Of a stretch of 64,000 nt of DNA, positions 19,284 to 28,504 are shown piece after piece. The notes under the pieces are model-generated. The model searched no databases, was not told the DNA's origin, and saw only the letters and a program-made list of their open reading frames with translations. The DNA is from Candidatus Obscuribacteraceae bacterium. Lineage in GTDB: Bacteria; Cyanobacteriota; Vampirovibrionia; Obscuribacterales; Obscuribacteraceae. The stretch is from contig JBGASG010000008.1 in assembly GCA_044229845.1 (NCBI GenBank), positions 64,001-128,000 on the forward strand, read 5' to 3'. A program made the translations under genes and the position numbers. How positions within the stretch are numbered: position 1 is the first letter of the stretch; each line of letters begins with the position of its first letter.

Positions 19284-21362
19284 ATGACTGACCAGCTAGA
19301 CAACCAGAATTACATCTCTGATGACGATGCGGACGCCACCGCCTCGACCCTGCTGGCAATCGGCACGATACTCGACGGCAAGTATCAGATCACTGCGTTC
19401 GTCGGACATGGCGGCATGGGCTCGGTGTACAAGGCTCGCCATTTGGAGATCGGCAACGACGTCGCCATCAAAATCTTGCTGCCCAAAGTAGCGATTGATC
19501 AAGAAGCGGTGCGGCGGTTTCAGATGGAAGCACGCACGATTGCCCGATTGCGACACAAGAATATTCTCACCGTTTTCGCCTTCGGCTCATTCGAAGGGTT
19601 GACGTACATGGCAATGGAATTCATCAAAGGTGAGTCTCTATCTGAGCTGATATTCGAAAATGGTCCCATGGAGCCGCGGCTCGCCATCCCGCTTTTGCTG
19701 CAAATCTGCCAGGGCATGACTTACGCGCATCATAACGGTGTGCTGCACCGCGACCTGAAACCGGCCAACGTGGTCATTCTCACGCCCGGCGTCATCGATC
19801 CTGCCGCCGTCACCACATCTGATATCGACACCATCACCGGTGGCGGTCCGTCGGTCAAAGTGGTCGACTTCGGATTAGCGAAAATTCTTGACGGCGACGA
19901 AGTGCAGAAGCTCACGCAGACCGGACAGGTGGTCGGCGATCCCAATTACATGAGTCCCGAGCAGTGTCAGGGGCACAACCTCGATAAGCGCTCGGACATC
20001 TACTCAATGGGTTGCCTGATGTATGAATTGTTCTCAGGCGAGAAACCATTCCCGGATGACAATCCAGTCACGATTCTTTTTAAGCAGGTAACGAATGATC
20101 CGCAACCCTTCGCAAATCAGAAACACCTGTCTCCGACACTGGAAGCCATCACTTTCACTTGCATGGCTAAAGACCCGGCCGACCGGTACGATTCATTCGA
20201 CGCGCTCGCCCACGTGCTGCAACAGTATCTCGAGAATCCCAGCCTCAGACTGAAGGCGCCCTCGCTCAGGCACCGCTACGGGCACCACCGCTCAAAGTTG
20301 ATCTGGGGAGCCATCTTCACTTTGATCATCGGTGCAGTCGCCACGGTGTCCTGGCTTTATTTCTACAACGCCAAGAAAGCCGAGAAAGAGCAGGCGGCAA
20401 TCGCACGCGAAGAAAAGCTGCACTTCCTGCTTTCCGAGGAGCGCAAACGCACAAAGCCACCCACCATTGACGAAGCTCAGGCACTGGTGAAACTGGCGGA
20501 ACAATCGGCAGATCGCGGAGCTTTGGCGCAATCGCGCGCGATGTTAGCGGACATTCTGGCAGCCAACACCAGGTATGACGAGGCATACGCGGTGGCAGTC
20601 GAGGCCCTGAACATGCCGGAACTACCTCAATACATCAAACCACAAACCCGCCATAACGCCGCTTATAGCGCGTTTGTCCTGCACCGTTATCCGGAAGCGT
20701 CCTACCATTACCGCCTGATCTATCAGAGCATCCGCCAGGCTCGCTACAATCCCACACCCGAACAAGGCTCGGTCGTCCACAATCTGACGACGTCCTTGCT
20801 GGCACAAAACAAGCTGGCCGAAGCTGAAGCGATCATGGCCGATCTCGATCCCAAATGGATAGAACGCAACGGCGTGCTCAACCGAGGACTGCTCTTGCAA
20901 ATCGAACTGTGGGGGAGAAAGGGCAACGCCACAGAATTGGACTCGCTGCGAAAGCAGGTCTTGGGGAGCAAACTCAACGACAAAGACAAGTCTTATGTGC
21001 TGCTCAACATTGCCACGCAACTGCTCAACTGCCGAGACATGCAGGCTGCGCGTATCGCCATCGCTGACTATCGGAGATTGGGTTCATCGCCGCAACTGGA
21101 TCAAAGCGAATCGCATAACCGATTGCGCGTTCTGGAATATAATCTTGAGCTGGTGAGCAGGACGGGTCCACAGTCGTTGCAAACAGGACAGGCTCTGTTT
21201 GCGGAGCAAGAGAAGAAGCCGACCGATCTCTGGTCCATCCAAACCTGCGGAAGTCTATACAAAGAAGACTTGCTGCGCAACGGACAAAAAGATCAAGCAG
21301 CAGCTCTGGACTCACGTATAGAAAAAAGTGTGATGACATCTCTTCACAACGCACATGGATGA
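19284..21362 (+). CDS. Hanks-type Ser/Thr kinase with TM helix and helical-repeat domain (copy 4)
   Basis: GHGGMG, VAIK, HRDLKPAN, DFG, YMSPEQ; TM helix. Confidence 0.92.
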   Translation: MTDQLDNQNYISDDDADATASTLLAIGTILDGKYQITAFVGHGGMGSVYKARHLEIGNDVAIKILLPKVAIDQEAVRRFQMEARTIARLRHKNILTVFAFGSFEGLTYMAMEFIKGESLSELIFENGPMEPRLAIPLLLQICQGMTYAHHNGVLHRDLKPANVVILTPGVIDPAAVTTSDIDTITGGGPSVKVVDFGLAKILDGDEVQKLTQTGQVVGDPNYMSPEQCQGHNLDKRSDIYSMGCLMYELFSGEKPFPDDNPVTILFKQVTNDPQPFANQKHLSPTLEAITFTCMAKDPADRYDSFDALAHVLQQYLENPSLRLKAPSLRHRYGHHRSKLIWGAIFTLIIGAVATVSWLYFYNAKKAEKEQAAIAREEKLHFLLSEERKRTKPPTIDEAQALVKLAEQSADRGALAQSRAMLADILAANTRYDEAYAVAVEALNMPELPQYIKPQTRHNAAYSAFVLHRYPEASYHYRLIYQSIRQARYNPTPEQGSVVHNLTTSLLAQNKLAEAEAIMADLDPKWIERNGVLNRGLLLQIELWGRKGNATELDSLRKQVLGSKLNDKDKSYVLLNIATQLLNCRDMQAARIAIADYRRLGSSPQLDQSESHNRLRVLEYNLELVSRTGPQSLQTGQALFAEQEKKPTDLWSIQTCGSLYKEDLLRNGQKDQAAALDSRIEKSVMTSLHNAHG

Positions 21363-23349
21363 TCACGCGGGAAATGTCCCCGACTATACAGATCAGGACG
21401 TGCCGCCGCTGCACGTTGGTACGGTGCTGGACGGTAAGTACAAACTCGTCGAATTCATCGGCATCGGCGGCATGGGCTCCGTGTACCGAGCTCGCCATCT
21501 GGACTTAGGAAATGATGTCGCCATCAAATTCTTGCACCCACGTTTCGCCGCGGATCCGGCAGCCGTCAAAAGATTTCAACGCGAAGCCCGCATCATTTCC
21601 GGACTGCGTAACAACAATATTTTGTCTGTCTTCGCATTCGGCAATTTTGAAGGGCATGTCTACATGTCGATGGAATACATCCAGGGCAAGTCGCTACGCG
21701 CACTGATCGCTGAAAACGGTCCACTGACGCCTGCGCAAGCAATTCCACTCCTGACGCAAATCTGCGACGCCATGACGCACGCCCATGCAAATGATGTCTT
21801 GCATCGTGACTTGAAACCGGACAACGCCCTTGCGGTTACCGAGGCAGATGGAAAGCAAGTTGTGAAAGTAGTGGACTTCGGACTGGCAAAACTTCTGGAC
21901 GGCACCGAAGGACAGCGTCTCACCGCCACCGGCGATGTGCTCGGTGATCCCAACTACATGAGTCCTGAACAATGTCAGGGCAAAGAACTGGACGCGCGTT
22001 CCGACATCTATTCCATGGGCTGTCTCATGTACGAAATCTTCACCGGCGAGCCGCCGTTTCTATCAGACAGTCCAGTCGCCACCATGTACAAGCATCTGGC
22101 GGACGCCCCGCCGGCTTTTGCCCAGAAGCAAAAACTGCCTGAAGCCATAGAGGCAATCACGATGCGCGCGCTAGCCAAAACACCCGAGCAGCGCTACGAC
22201 TCATTTGCCGAATTAAAAGATCAACTGCAGGATTTTTCCGCCCATCCGGAGAAGAAAGTAAAAGCACCAGGCAATACAGCGCGACAACGTTCTGCAATTT
22301 CCGCAAAGTCTGCTCTGGCAATCGTGGCAGTCACCACGTGCGCCGTCGGCATCGCTGCGGTAGCTTGGTCTTACTGGAACGGTCGCATGGGTTCGGAGCG
22401 CGAACTGCTGCGCGAACAACTGACCGAAAACCTGAAAGCTATCGACCCCGATCTGCCGGGTCCTTATCAATATCCTTCAGATGCAAAGGTAGGCGAAGCA
22501 TTGAGGATATCGGAGAAGCTCGGGGACGAAACAGCCAATCTGACCGCCAGGCTGGCACAAGCAAAAATGTGCAGTTTTAACGGGCAAATGTCGTTCGGCA
22601 TTCGGGTCGCCGAAGATGCGTTGAAGCGCCCGGACTTAACCAACAAGCGGCGAGCTCAGTTTACCGAGCTGCTGGGCAAGATGTATTTCTACAACGGCAA
22701 TTACGCCGCCTGCGACCGCGTGCTGACCCCGCTGCTGAACGACTCTTCTTTGTTTACCATGCTCGAGAGTGGACGCGATAACTTCGCCTATGTACTGGTT
22801 GCTGCACGTGTTAGATCGGGGAAGTCAGCCGAGGCAGAGAAAGTCGTTCCATTCATGCGACACCGTGCAATGCCAAGCGTATCAGCGATCAATCTGGAAG
22901 CGCTCGCCCTGGGAGAACTTTTGTGCCACCAGAAAAATTTCGTCAAAGCAGAGAAGGTGATGAATCGCACTCTCACCGATACACTTAACGACTTGAGCAC
23001 TGCCACCATTCTCGAAAGTTTCGCGCGCTGGTTTTCAGATAACGGCGATCTAGCCCGAGCACGCAGCGTTCACGAACGCATGGCGGCACTGGCATCAGCA
23101 AATGGTTCACTGTACCTGCGACAGAGGGCAGCAGCTACCGGTCTTTACGTTACCGCGCACAGCAACTCACGCGCGGAGTTGCTCAAAGATTCGCAGGCTC
23201 TTTTCGAACAAGTGAAGAAACCACCTGTCACCCTCAGTGTTCTTGGGGATGTCGCGAAGATTTATCAGCAAGCGCTGAAAGCCGACGGCAGAGTTGATGA
23301 GGCACGCAAGGTAAAATCCGAAGTCGAATCAATCGCCGAAGGATTGTGA
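21355..23349 (+). CDS. Hanks-type Ser/Thr kinase with TM helix and helical-repeat domain (copy 5)
   Basis: GIGGMG, VAIK, HRDLKPDN, DFG, YMSPEQ; TM helix. Confidence 0.92.
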   Translation: MDDHAGNVPDYTDQDVPPLHVGTVLDGKYKLVEFIGIGGMGSVYRARHLDLGNDVAIKFLHPRFAADPAAVKRFQREARIISGLRNNNILSVFAFGNFEGHVYMSMEYIQGKSLRALIAENGPLTPAQAIPLLTQICDAMTHAHANDVLHRDLKPDNALAVTEADGKQVVKVVDFGLAKLLDGTEGQRLTATGDVLGDPNYMSPEQCQGKELDARSDIYSMGCLMYEIFTGEPPFLSDSPVATMYKHLADAPPAFAQKQKLPEAIEAITMRALAKTPEQRYDSFAELKDQLQDFSAHPEKKVKAPGNTARQRSAISAKSALAIVAVTTCAVGIAAVAWSYWNGRMGSERELLREQLTENLKAIDPDLPGPYQYPSDAKVGEALRISEKLGDETANLTARLAQAKMCSFNGQMSFGIRVAEDALKRPDLTNKRRAQFTELLGKMYFYNGNYAACDRVLTPLLNDSSLFTMLESGRDNFAYVLVAARVRSGKSAEAEKVVPFMRHRAMPSVSAINLEALALGELLCHQKNFVKAEKVMNRTLTDTLNDLSTATILESFARWFSDNGDLARARSVHERMAALASANGSLYLRQRAAATGLYVTAHSNSRAELLKDSQALFEQVKKPPVTLSVLGDVAKIYQQALKADGRVDEARKVKSEVESIAEGL

Positions 23350-25038
23350 CTGCATCTGCAAGAGAAAAGCGCTATCTTCCATAGCGGCGGCTTCAGCCGG
23401 CATATCAACCGCGCGATCGATTTCGGCTGCCACCACAAAAGCATCCAGCCCGGTCGGTCTAACTTTGAAAGCATCCAAAGAATCTTTGCGAGCATTACCC
23501 CATGCCGACTGGCAAGCAAGAGCCATGGCACGAGTGGCGCGGGTCGAATGTTGTTCGTTTACTCCGGCGTGCTCCACGGCGTAGGAGAAATCATTCAACG
23601 CAGCCGGTCGATCGCCAAGCTTGAAGTAGATCATCCCACGCAGACTGTACTCGCCCGCTGAGTTGGGAAGCATTGCCAGAGCTCGATTGCAATCACTTAG
23701 CGCTTCCTGATACTTCTTCATGCGAAATAGAGCGTTTGCCCTCAACAAATACAGCATCTGATTTTTAGGATCTTCGGCAATCGCGCGCGAAGCTGCCTGA
23801 GCAGCCAGCGGAAAGTTGCCCGCCATCTGGGCAGTCTCCGATCTGACCCGCCAATAACGCGGAGAACCGCCGCTTTTCTCAGCTTCCGGATAGGCAATCC
23901 ACCGCAGAGCTTCGTCCAGGTGCGCATCCTGCACAAAAACCTCGGCGAGCGTCGCTCTCATTTCAAGATCTTGCGGATGTCGTTCCAGATAAGTCTCCAT
24001 CAGCCCCTCGGCAGAACTGACATTACGCTGAAGACGGTAAGCAACAACCATTTGGTTGACTGCCCCGGCGTTAAACTGGTAATCACGGATTTGTTTGATA
24101 TACCTCATAGCCTCAGCGGTCTCGTTGAGGTTGGAGCTTACATCGGCCGCTTCGATCAGCCATTCCGGATCCGATTGTGTCGCTCGCAACAACCATTGCA
24201 CGCAGTCGCGCGCACGTTTGTTGTCTTTCACCTGTCGAAACGAACGGTACAACTGTTGCATCGTGTACGCAAAGTCCTCCGGTGGATGTCCCTGCAAATA
24301 CAGCCGCTCTGTTCGGCTGAAGTGATCATCCAGCATCCGCAGACACTTGCCCGGCTCTCGCTTTTGGTATAGGTTGGCATGCTCGACATGATACCAACCG
24401 GGACAATCGGCGAGTTTTTCCGCAGCCGAAAACTGTTCGTCCGCCTTTTCTATGTCACCCATGTCCGCGTAAACGCGAGCAAGTTCCATGTGCATGTTTG
24501 GGAAGACGAACTTAGGCTCGCGCAGCTTTTCAGTGGCCAGTCGAGCCGCCTCCTGATACCGGCGCATGCCACGCAGGACGCCGACTTTAGCCGCATACGC
24601 GTCGCGCTGCCCAGTAGAGCCAGCCGTTTTGATTGCCAGGTTTACATCGGCTAGCGCTCCGTCCTGGTCGCCGAGACTGCAACGCATGTTGGCGCGGTGT
24701 AGATATGCAGACCAGAACTTAGGATTGTGGGCCAACAACCGCGAAAGACTGTCGATGCCATCTTTGGAATTCCCTGACCAAAATATGCACAGCGCCCGGC
24801 GTTCGAGAGCGTCGTCGTCCCTGGGATTGCGCTTCAAATACTGGTCATAGTGCTGAACGGCGAGAGCGTTTTGCAGTGCAAGCCGTTCCTTTTCAGCTTG
24901 CTTCCAGACCGAGTCATTGTTTCTTCTTTGCACGAAATTTGCAGTGGCACCATCCCCGGTGCTGATCGCCGGCGCCGCAAAAAGGCAAGTTGCTGATGCA
25001 ACAATGAAAGCCGAACGAATTAACCGTGTGCCGTTCAT
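23329..25038 (-). CDS. Secreted tetratricopeptide-repeat protein
   Basis: Signal-like N-terminus; TPR-like units such as YLLRANALFRMKKYQEALSDCNRALAMLP. Confidence 0.85.
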   Translation of the reverse strand: MNGTRLIRSAFIVASATCLFAAPAISTGDGATANFVQRRNNDSVWKQAEKERLALQNALAVQHYDQYLKRNPRDDDALERRALCIFWSGNSKDGIDSLSRLLAHNPKFWSAYLHRANMRCSLGDQDGALADVNLAIKTAGSTGQRDAYAAKVGVLRGMRRYQEAARLATEKLREPKFVFPNMHMELARVYADMGDIEKADEQFSAAEKLADCPGWYHVEHANLYQKREPGKCLRMLDDHFSRTERLYLQGHPPEDFAYTMQQLYRSFRQVKDNKRARDCVQWLLRATQSDPEWLIEAADVSSNLNETAEAMRYIKQIRDYQFNAGAVNQMVVAYRLQRNVSSAEGLMETYLERHPQDLEMRATLAEVFVQDAHLDEALRWIAYPEAEKSGGSPRYWRVRSETAQMAGNFPLAAQAASRAIAEDPKNQMLYLLRANALFRMKKYQEALSDCNRALAMLPNSAGEYSLRGMIYFKLGDRPAALNDFSYAVEHAGVNEQHSTRATRAMALACQSAWGNARKDSLDAFKVRPTGLDAFVVAAEIDRAVDMPAEAAAMEDSAFLLQMQSQSFGD

Positions 25039-25083
25039 GGGAGAGATATGCCCGGCTGAACAGCGTTCTACCCGGCTACGACT

Positions 25084-25695
25084 TCAGTTTCGGGCAGCCA
25101 CACCGGACTTCAACTCGCGCTCGCAGAGGCGAGCCGCTGATGTCGCCAGGGCGGCGCCGATCTTTTTCACCTTATCCTGTTGTTTTGCATCTTTGAGGCT
25201 GCCGTCTTCGGCAAAAGCGTCGGAAGCAGAGCTGATGGCAATTTGATCAGGAATTACGGTCACCTGGATGTTGCCGAGAATAGAGCGCACGGTGACCAGT
25301 CCTCGCAAGCCGCCCAGTGCCCCGGGGCTGGCTGCCATAATCGCCGCGACTTTGCCCGTATAACAAGCCAGCATCGGCTCGCCCTTCTCGGAACGAGACA
25401 CCCAATCGATGGCATTCTTGAGAGCAGCACTGATGGAACTGTTGTATTCGGGCGAAGCAATCAACAATCCCTGATGCTCACGAAAGATTTGTTTCAACTT
25501 GAGCGCATTCTCCGGAATGCCATCCGCAGCCTCCAGATCGCCATCATAGATAGGCATCGGATAGTCGCGCAGGTCGATGTAAGTAACTTCAGCTCCGGCC
25601 TCTTCAGCGCCCTGTGCGGCTATCTTCACGAGCTTCTTGTTGAAAGAGTCTTTTCGCAGACTGCCGGCAAAAGCCAGAATCTTAGTCACTGCCAT
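25084..25695 (-). CDS. NADPH-dependent FMN reductase (flavodoxin-like, ChrR/SsuE family)
   Basis: FAGSLRKDSFN, SPEYN, LKNAIDWVSR, SPGALGGLRG. Start at ATG 25695 (or 25701) with GAGG RBS. Confidence 0.92.
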   Translation of the reverse strand: MAVTKILAFAGSLRKDSFNKKLVKIAAQGAEEAGAEVTYIDLRDYPMPIYDGDLEAADGIPENALKLKQIFREHQGLLIASPEYNSSISAALKNAIDWVSRSEKGEPMLACYTGKVAAIMAASPGALGGLRGLVTVRSILGNIQVTVIPDQIAISSASDAFAEDGSLKDAKQQDKVKKIGAALATSAARLCERELKSGVAARN

Positions 25696-25834
25696 CGTCA
25701 TATCCTCAAGCAAAGTTTGCAGGTCGACGAGTTTAACATGTCCAACCCCGCCCAAATGCGTATAGACATTGAAACACCACGTCCATCTCCCTGGAACAAC
25801 CGGATCAGGCTCCACCGAGCCGGAGGAACTTGCT

Positions 25835-26530
25835 ATGGGCACAGCAGCACGGTTCGACAGCGGCAGCGAGCAACGGCTCGCAGATGTCGAGTCATCAGTC
25901 AAGGTTCTGCACCCGGACATCAGACTCGAGATCAGGCAAGCGCAACTGGCGGCAGCCGACGATCCGGTGCAGCGCGGACTGAAGGCGTTCGAAAAAGTCG
26001 GTGCAGAAAACAAACTCAATCTGTCCGTCGAACAAATGGCAACTCTGAAAGTTCTGGAAACTGCTCTTTTGAAGGGCGACCTCGACACCATGGCTGCCAC
26101 CATCAAAAAGCTGAATGAGAATACAAAAGCAGCTTATCCGTTGTTGCAAGCCTTTCGTGATGATCTGTTCGCCGCCGGATTTGCCAACAGCGTCAGCGGC
26201 AACTACTCCGGATTGCAGCTCAACATATTTCGCCCGCTGTCTGATCCCCGCTCGGCAGGGATGGACTTCCTTGGCAGTTCTCGCTACGAGCAAATGCTTT
26301 CCATCGACCAGAATGGCGTCGCCACTGTTGATGCATACAGAAGGAGCCAAGAGCCGGGAGAGAAGGAGGAAGACGACTTCTCGGACCAACGATATTTCGA
26401 CTCGCTGCGCGACCGTCAAAGACTGCGCAATCCACACGCAGAGTTTAAGTCAATCGGACAGGATGCACTCTATTACCTGGAGAACAAGCGGCACAAGCCT
26501 CACGCACCGTTCGGCGAATTTGAAGCTTAG
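25835..26530 (+). CDS. Hypothetical protein
   Basis: Open frame filling the gap between genes; ATG 25835 preceded by GGAGG; no recognised motif. Confidence 0.65.
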   Translation: MGTAARFDSGSEQRLADVESSVKVLHPDIRLEIRQAQLAAADDPVQRGLKAFEKVGAENKLNLSVEQMATLKVLETALLKGDLDTMAATIKKLNENTKAAYPLLQAFRDDLFAAGFANSVSGNYSGLQLNIFRPLSDPRSAGMDFLGSSRYEQMLSIDQNGVATVDAYRRSQEPGEKEEDDFSDQRYFDSLRDRQRLRNPHAEFKSIGQDALYYLENKRHKPHAPFGEFEA

Positions 26531-27942
26531 ATACTGGGCTCTTGCTTGCGCGGACCAATAAACTCGGCGGCACTGGCGGCATGCAGGAAAGTCGAACGCG
26601 GCGTGATCACCAGAGTGAAGTCACATGCCGGTCTGGCTTCCAGAGCGAGCACACTGGGCCAGCCCGTCAGGTCAGGCACCTTGCTGCGCATAGTGCCGCA
26701 CGAATACTCGTCGGCGCGTGCACTGTGCATCAAAATTTCTTCGTGCTGGCAATCGGTATCGGCAGCCGACCACTTGTAGCGCACCCAGTAGCCTTTGGCT
26801 TCCAACTCCTGAGCAATGGTCTCAGCTGCGTGCTCGCAGCCCCGCGGATAACGCAATGCCACCGACAGCTTGTGCGCGTTGGGACCGCGCCGCTGCGGTT
26901 TGACCGACGGTCCTGGATCGCTGCCGTCATCGACGACTGCAACTTGTGTGTACTCCGGCGGTGCGGTGCCGTCCACGAACGCGCCACCACCACTGATACC
27001 AAGAATCCGGCGAAACACAGCCTTGGACTGGTCGATATCAGGCGTCCAATAACTGATGCCCGAGATCATCTCCGGTGTGCCCGGCAAAGTCGCTGTCGTC
27101 ACCTGACTCGGTTCGATGTCCTTGCCGAATACGGCAATCTTCAACATGTCTTCGGGCGAGAGGTCTGTGCGCACGTATTCTTGCGAGAGCTTGATCATCT
27201 CCGGCAACTTCAGAACTATTTGCGGATCTTTGAGTTTGCGAGCGGCCTGGCGCAAGAACCACTGTTGACGCTCCATGCGACCGATATCGCCGGTGGCGTC
27301 ATGACGAAAGCGAATGTATTGCTCAACTTGTGCCGGTGTCAGTGTCTGCAGTCCGGGCTGCAAGTCGACATTCAGTTTGGCGCTGTGGTCGACGTAATGC
27401 ATTTCCTTCTCGACCAGCACTTCCACCGGTCCGATCAGTTCGCACAATCCTTTCAATCCCTGCGTATCAACACAGATGTAGTGATCGATCGGTACACCGA
27501 ACATTTCCACGAGAGTTTGCTTTGTCAGTTCGGGACCGCCGATGCTGTGGGCGGAATTGATTTTGTCGACGCCGTGAGAACCGGCGATCGGCACGTGCGT
27601 GTCACGGGGCACCGACACCAGTCCGACTTTTTTCTCAAAAGGATCCAGGCTGACCAGGATGATGGTGTCTGAACGTGTGCCAGTGAAACGCTCTGTATTG
27701 CGTCCGTTTGAATCGACGCCCAAAACAAGCAGCGTCATGCGCTCCGAGAGCGAAGGAAATATCTGCATCGAACCAAATGGCTGAGCCGGTGCGGAGGCTG
27801 ATTGGGTCGAGTCCTGATTGATGCCTGTGGCATGCGCCGTGTTCTTGTGTGTAACCGACAAGATGCCCACGCCGATCGCCACGCCAAGCATGATTGCCAA
27901 CGCGGTTTGCAAAATAAACAGCGGGCCTTGAGTACGCTTCAA
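26527..27942 (-). CDS. LCP (LytR-CpsA-Psr) family cell-envelope phosphotransferase with probable LytR_C tail
   Basis: N-terminal TM, LVLGVD, RSDTIIL, SVPRD, KINSA, RFRHD..GDIGRMERQQ. Confidence 0.92.
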   Translation of the reverse strand: MKRTQGPLFILQTALAIMLGVAIGVGILSVTHKNTAHATGINQDSTQSASAPAQPFGSMQIFPSLSERMTLLVLGVDSNGRNTERFTGTRSDTIILVSLDPFEKKVGLVSVPRDTHVPIAGSHGVDKINSAHSIGGPELTKQTLVEMFGVPIDHYICVDTQGLKGLCELIGPVEVLVEKEMHYVDHSAKLNVDLQPGLQTLTPAQVEQYIRFRHDATGDIGRMERQQWFLRQAARKLKDPQIVLKLPEMIKLSQEYVRTDLSPEDMLKIAVFGKDIEPSQVTTATLPGTPEMISGISYWTPDIDQSKAVFRRILGISGGGAFVDGTAPPEYTQVAVVDDGSDPGPSVKPQRRGPNAHKLSVALRYPRGCEHAAETIAQELEAKGYWVRYKWSAADTDCQHEEILMHSARADEYSCGTMRSKVPDLTGWPSVLALEARPACDFTLVITPRSTFLHAASAAEFIGPRKQEPSI

Positions 27943-28504
27943 AAGAGAGATTTCCTGGGAGATGACTGACAGTCATCTTAACTGCCAAGGTGTATCTGGA
28001 CTTGCGTTCAGGCGAAAATTTACGGAGATCTTACGTATTAAAAGGAGATCTCTAGAGGAGCTTTTTCGGACGCTGCAAATCTTGATTACGCCAGAGAAAT
28101 AGCCAAGTGGTGCGGTTCGTCGGACGCGGTCACCAACCACTGACCGGCACAAACACAGGCATAGATTCCAAGCACCGTGTAAAGGATATTTGCGCTGCTT
28201 GTCGACGGTCAAATGAACTCTCTGTGCAGCCTCCCAACCTGCCACCCACGCATCGTCGTCAAATGTCCCCTTACTAGCTTCTGTCGCATGTGCCCACGCC
28301 TTCTGCCGGACCTGCAATTTACCTGTTCGCAGGAGGATTTATCTGCCGCGCTCTCTGAGGCGTTATCTGCCGCCAGCGGCTGAACCTCCGGGGCGATACA
28401 ATCAAATGTGCTTGCCGGTTTACAAACTCCTTGGAAGCGGTAAGAATTCAGTGGGAGCGCGGTTTTGCCGCCTCTTTCCGCCAGCCCAACTTACTAAGAG
28501 CGCC

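Noticed and set aside
25696..26106. Long N-terminal extension of the FMN reductase ORF (likewise ndhD 6939-7058 and kinase 12824-12901)
   Set aside because: Extensions overlap a divergent gene, promoter region or terminator; downstream starts fit the family N-termini.
27973..28317. 114-aa minus-strand ORF and a TTATCTGCCGC direct repeat (28339, 28363) in the LCP/peptidase intergenic region
   Set aside because: TTG start, no recognisable motif, and only two short repeat copies; insufficient support.
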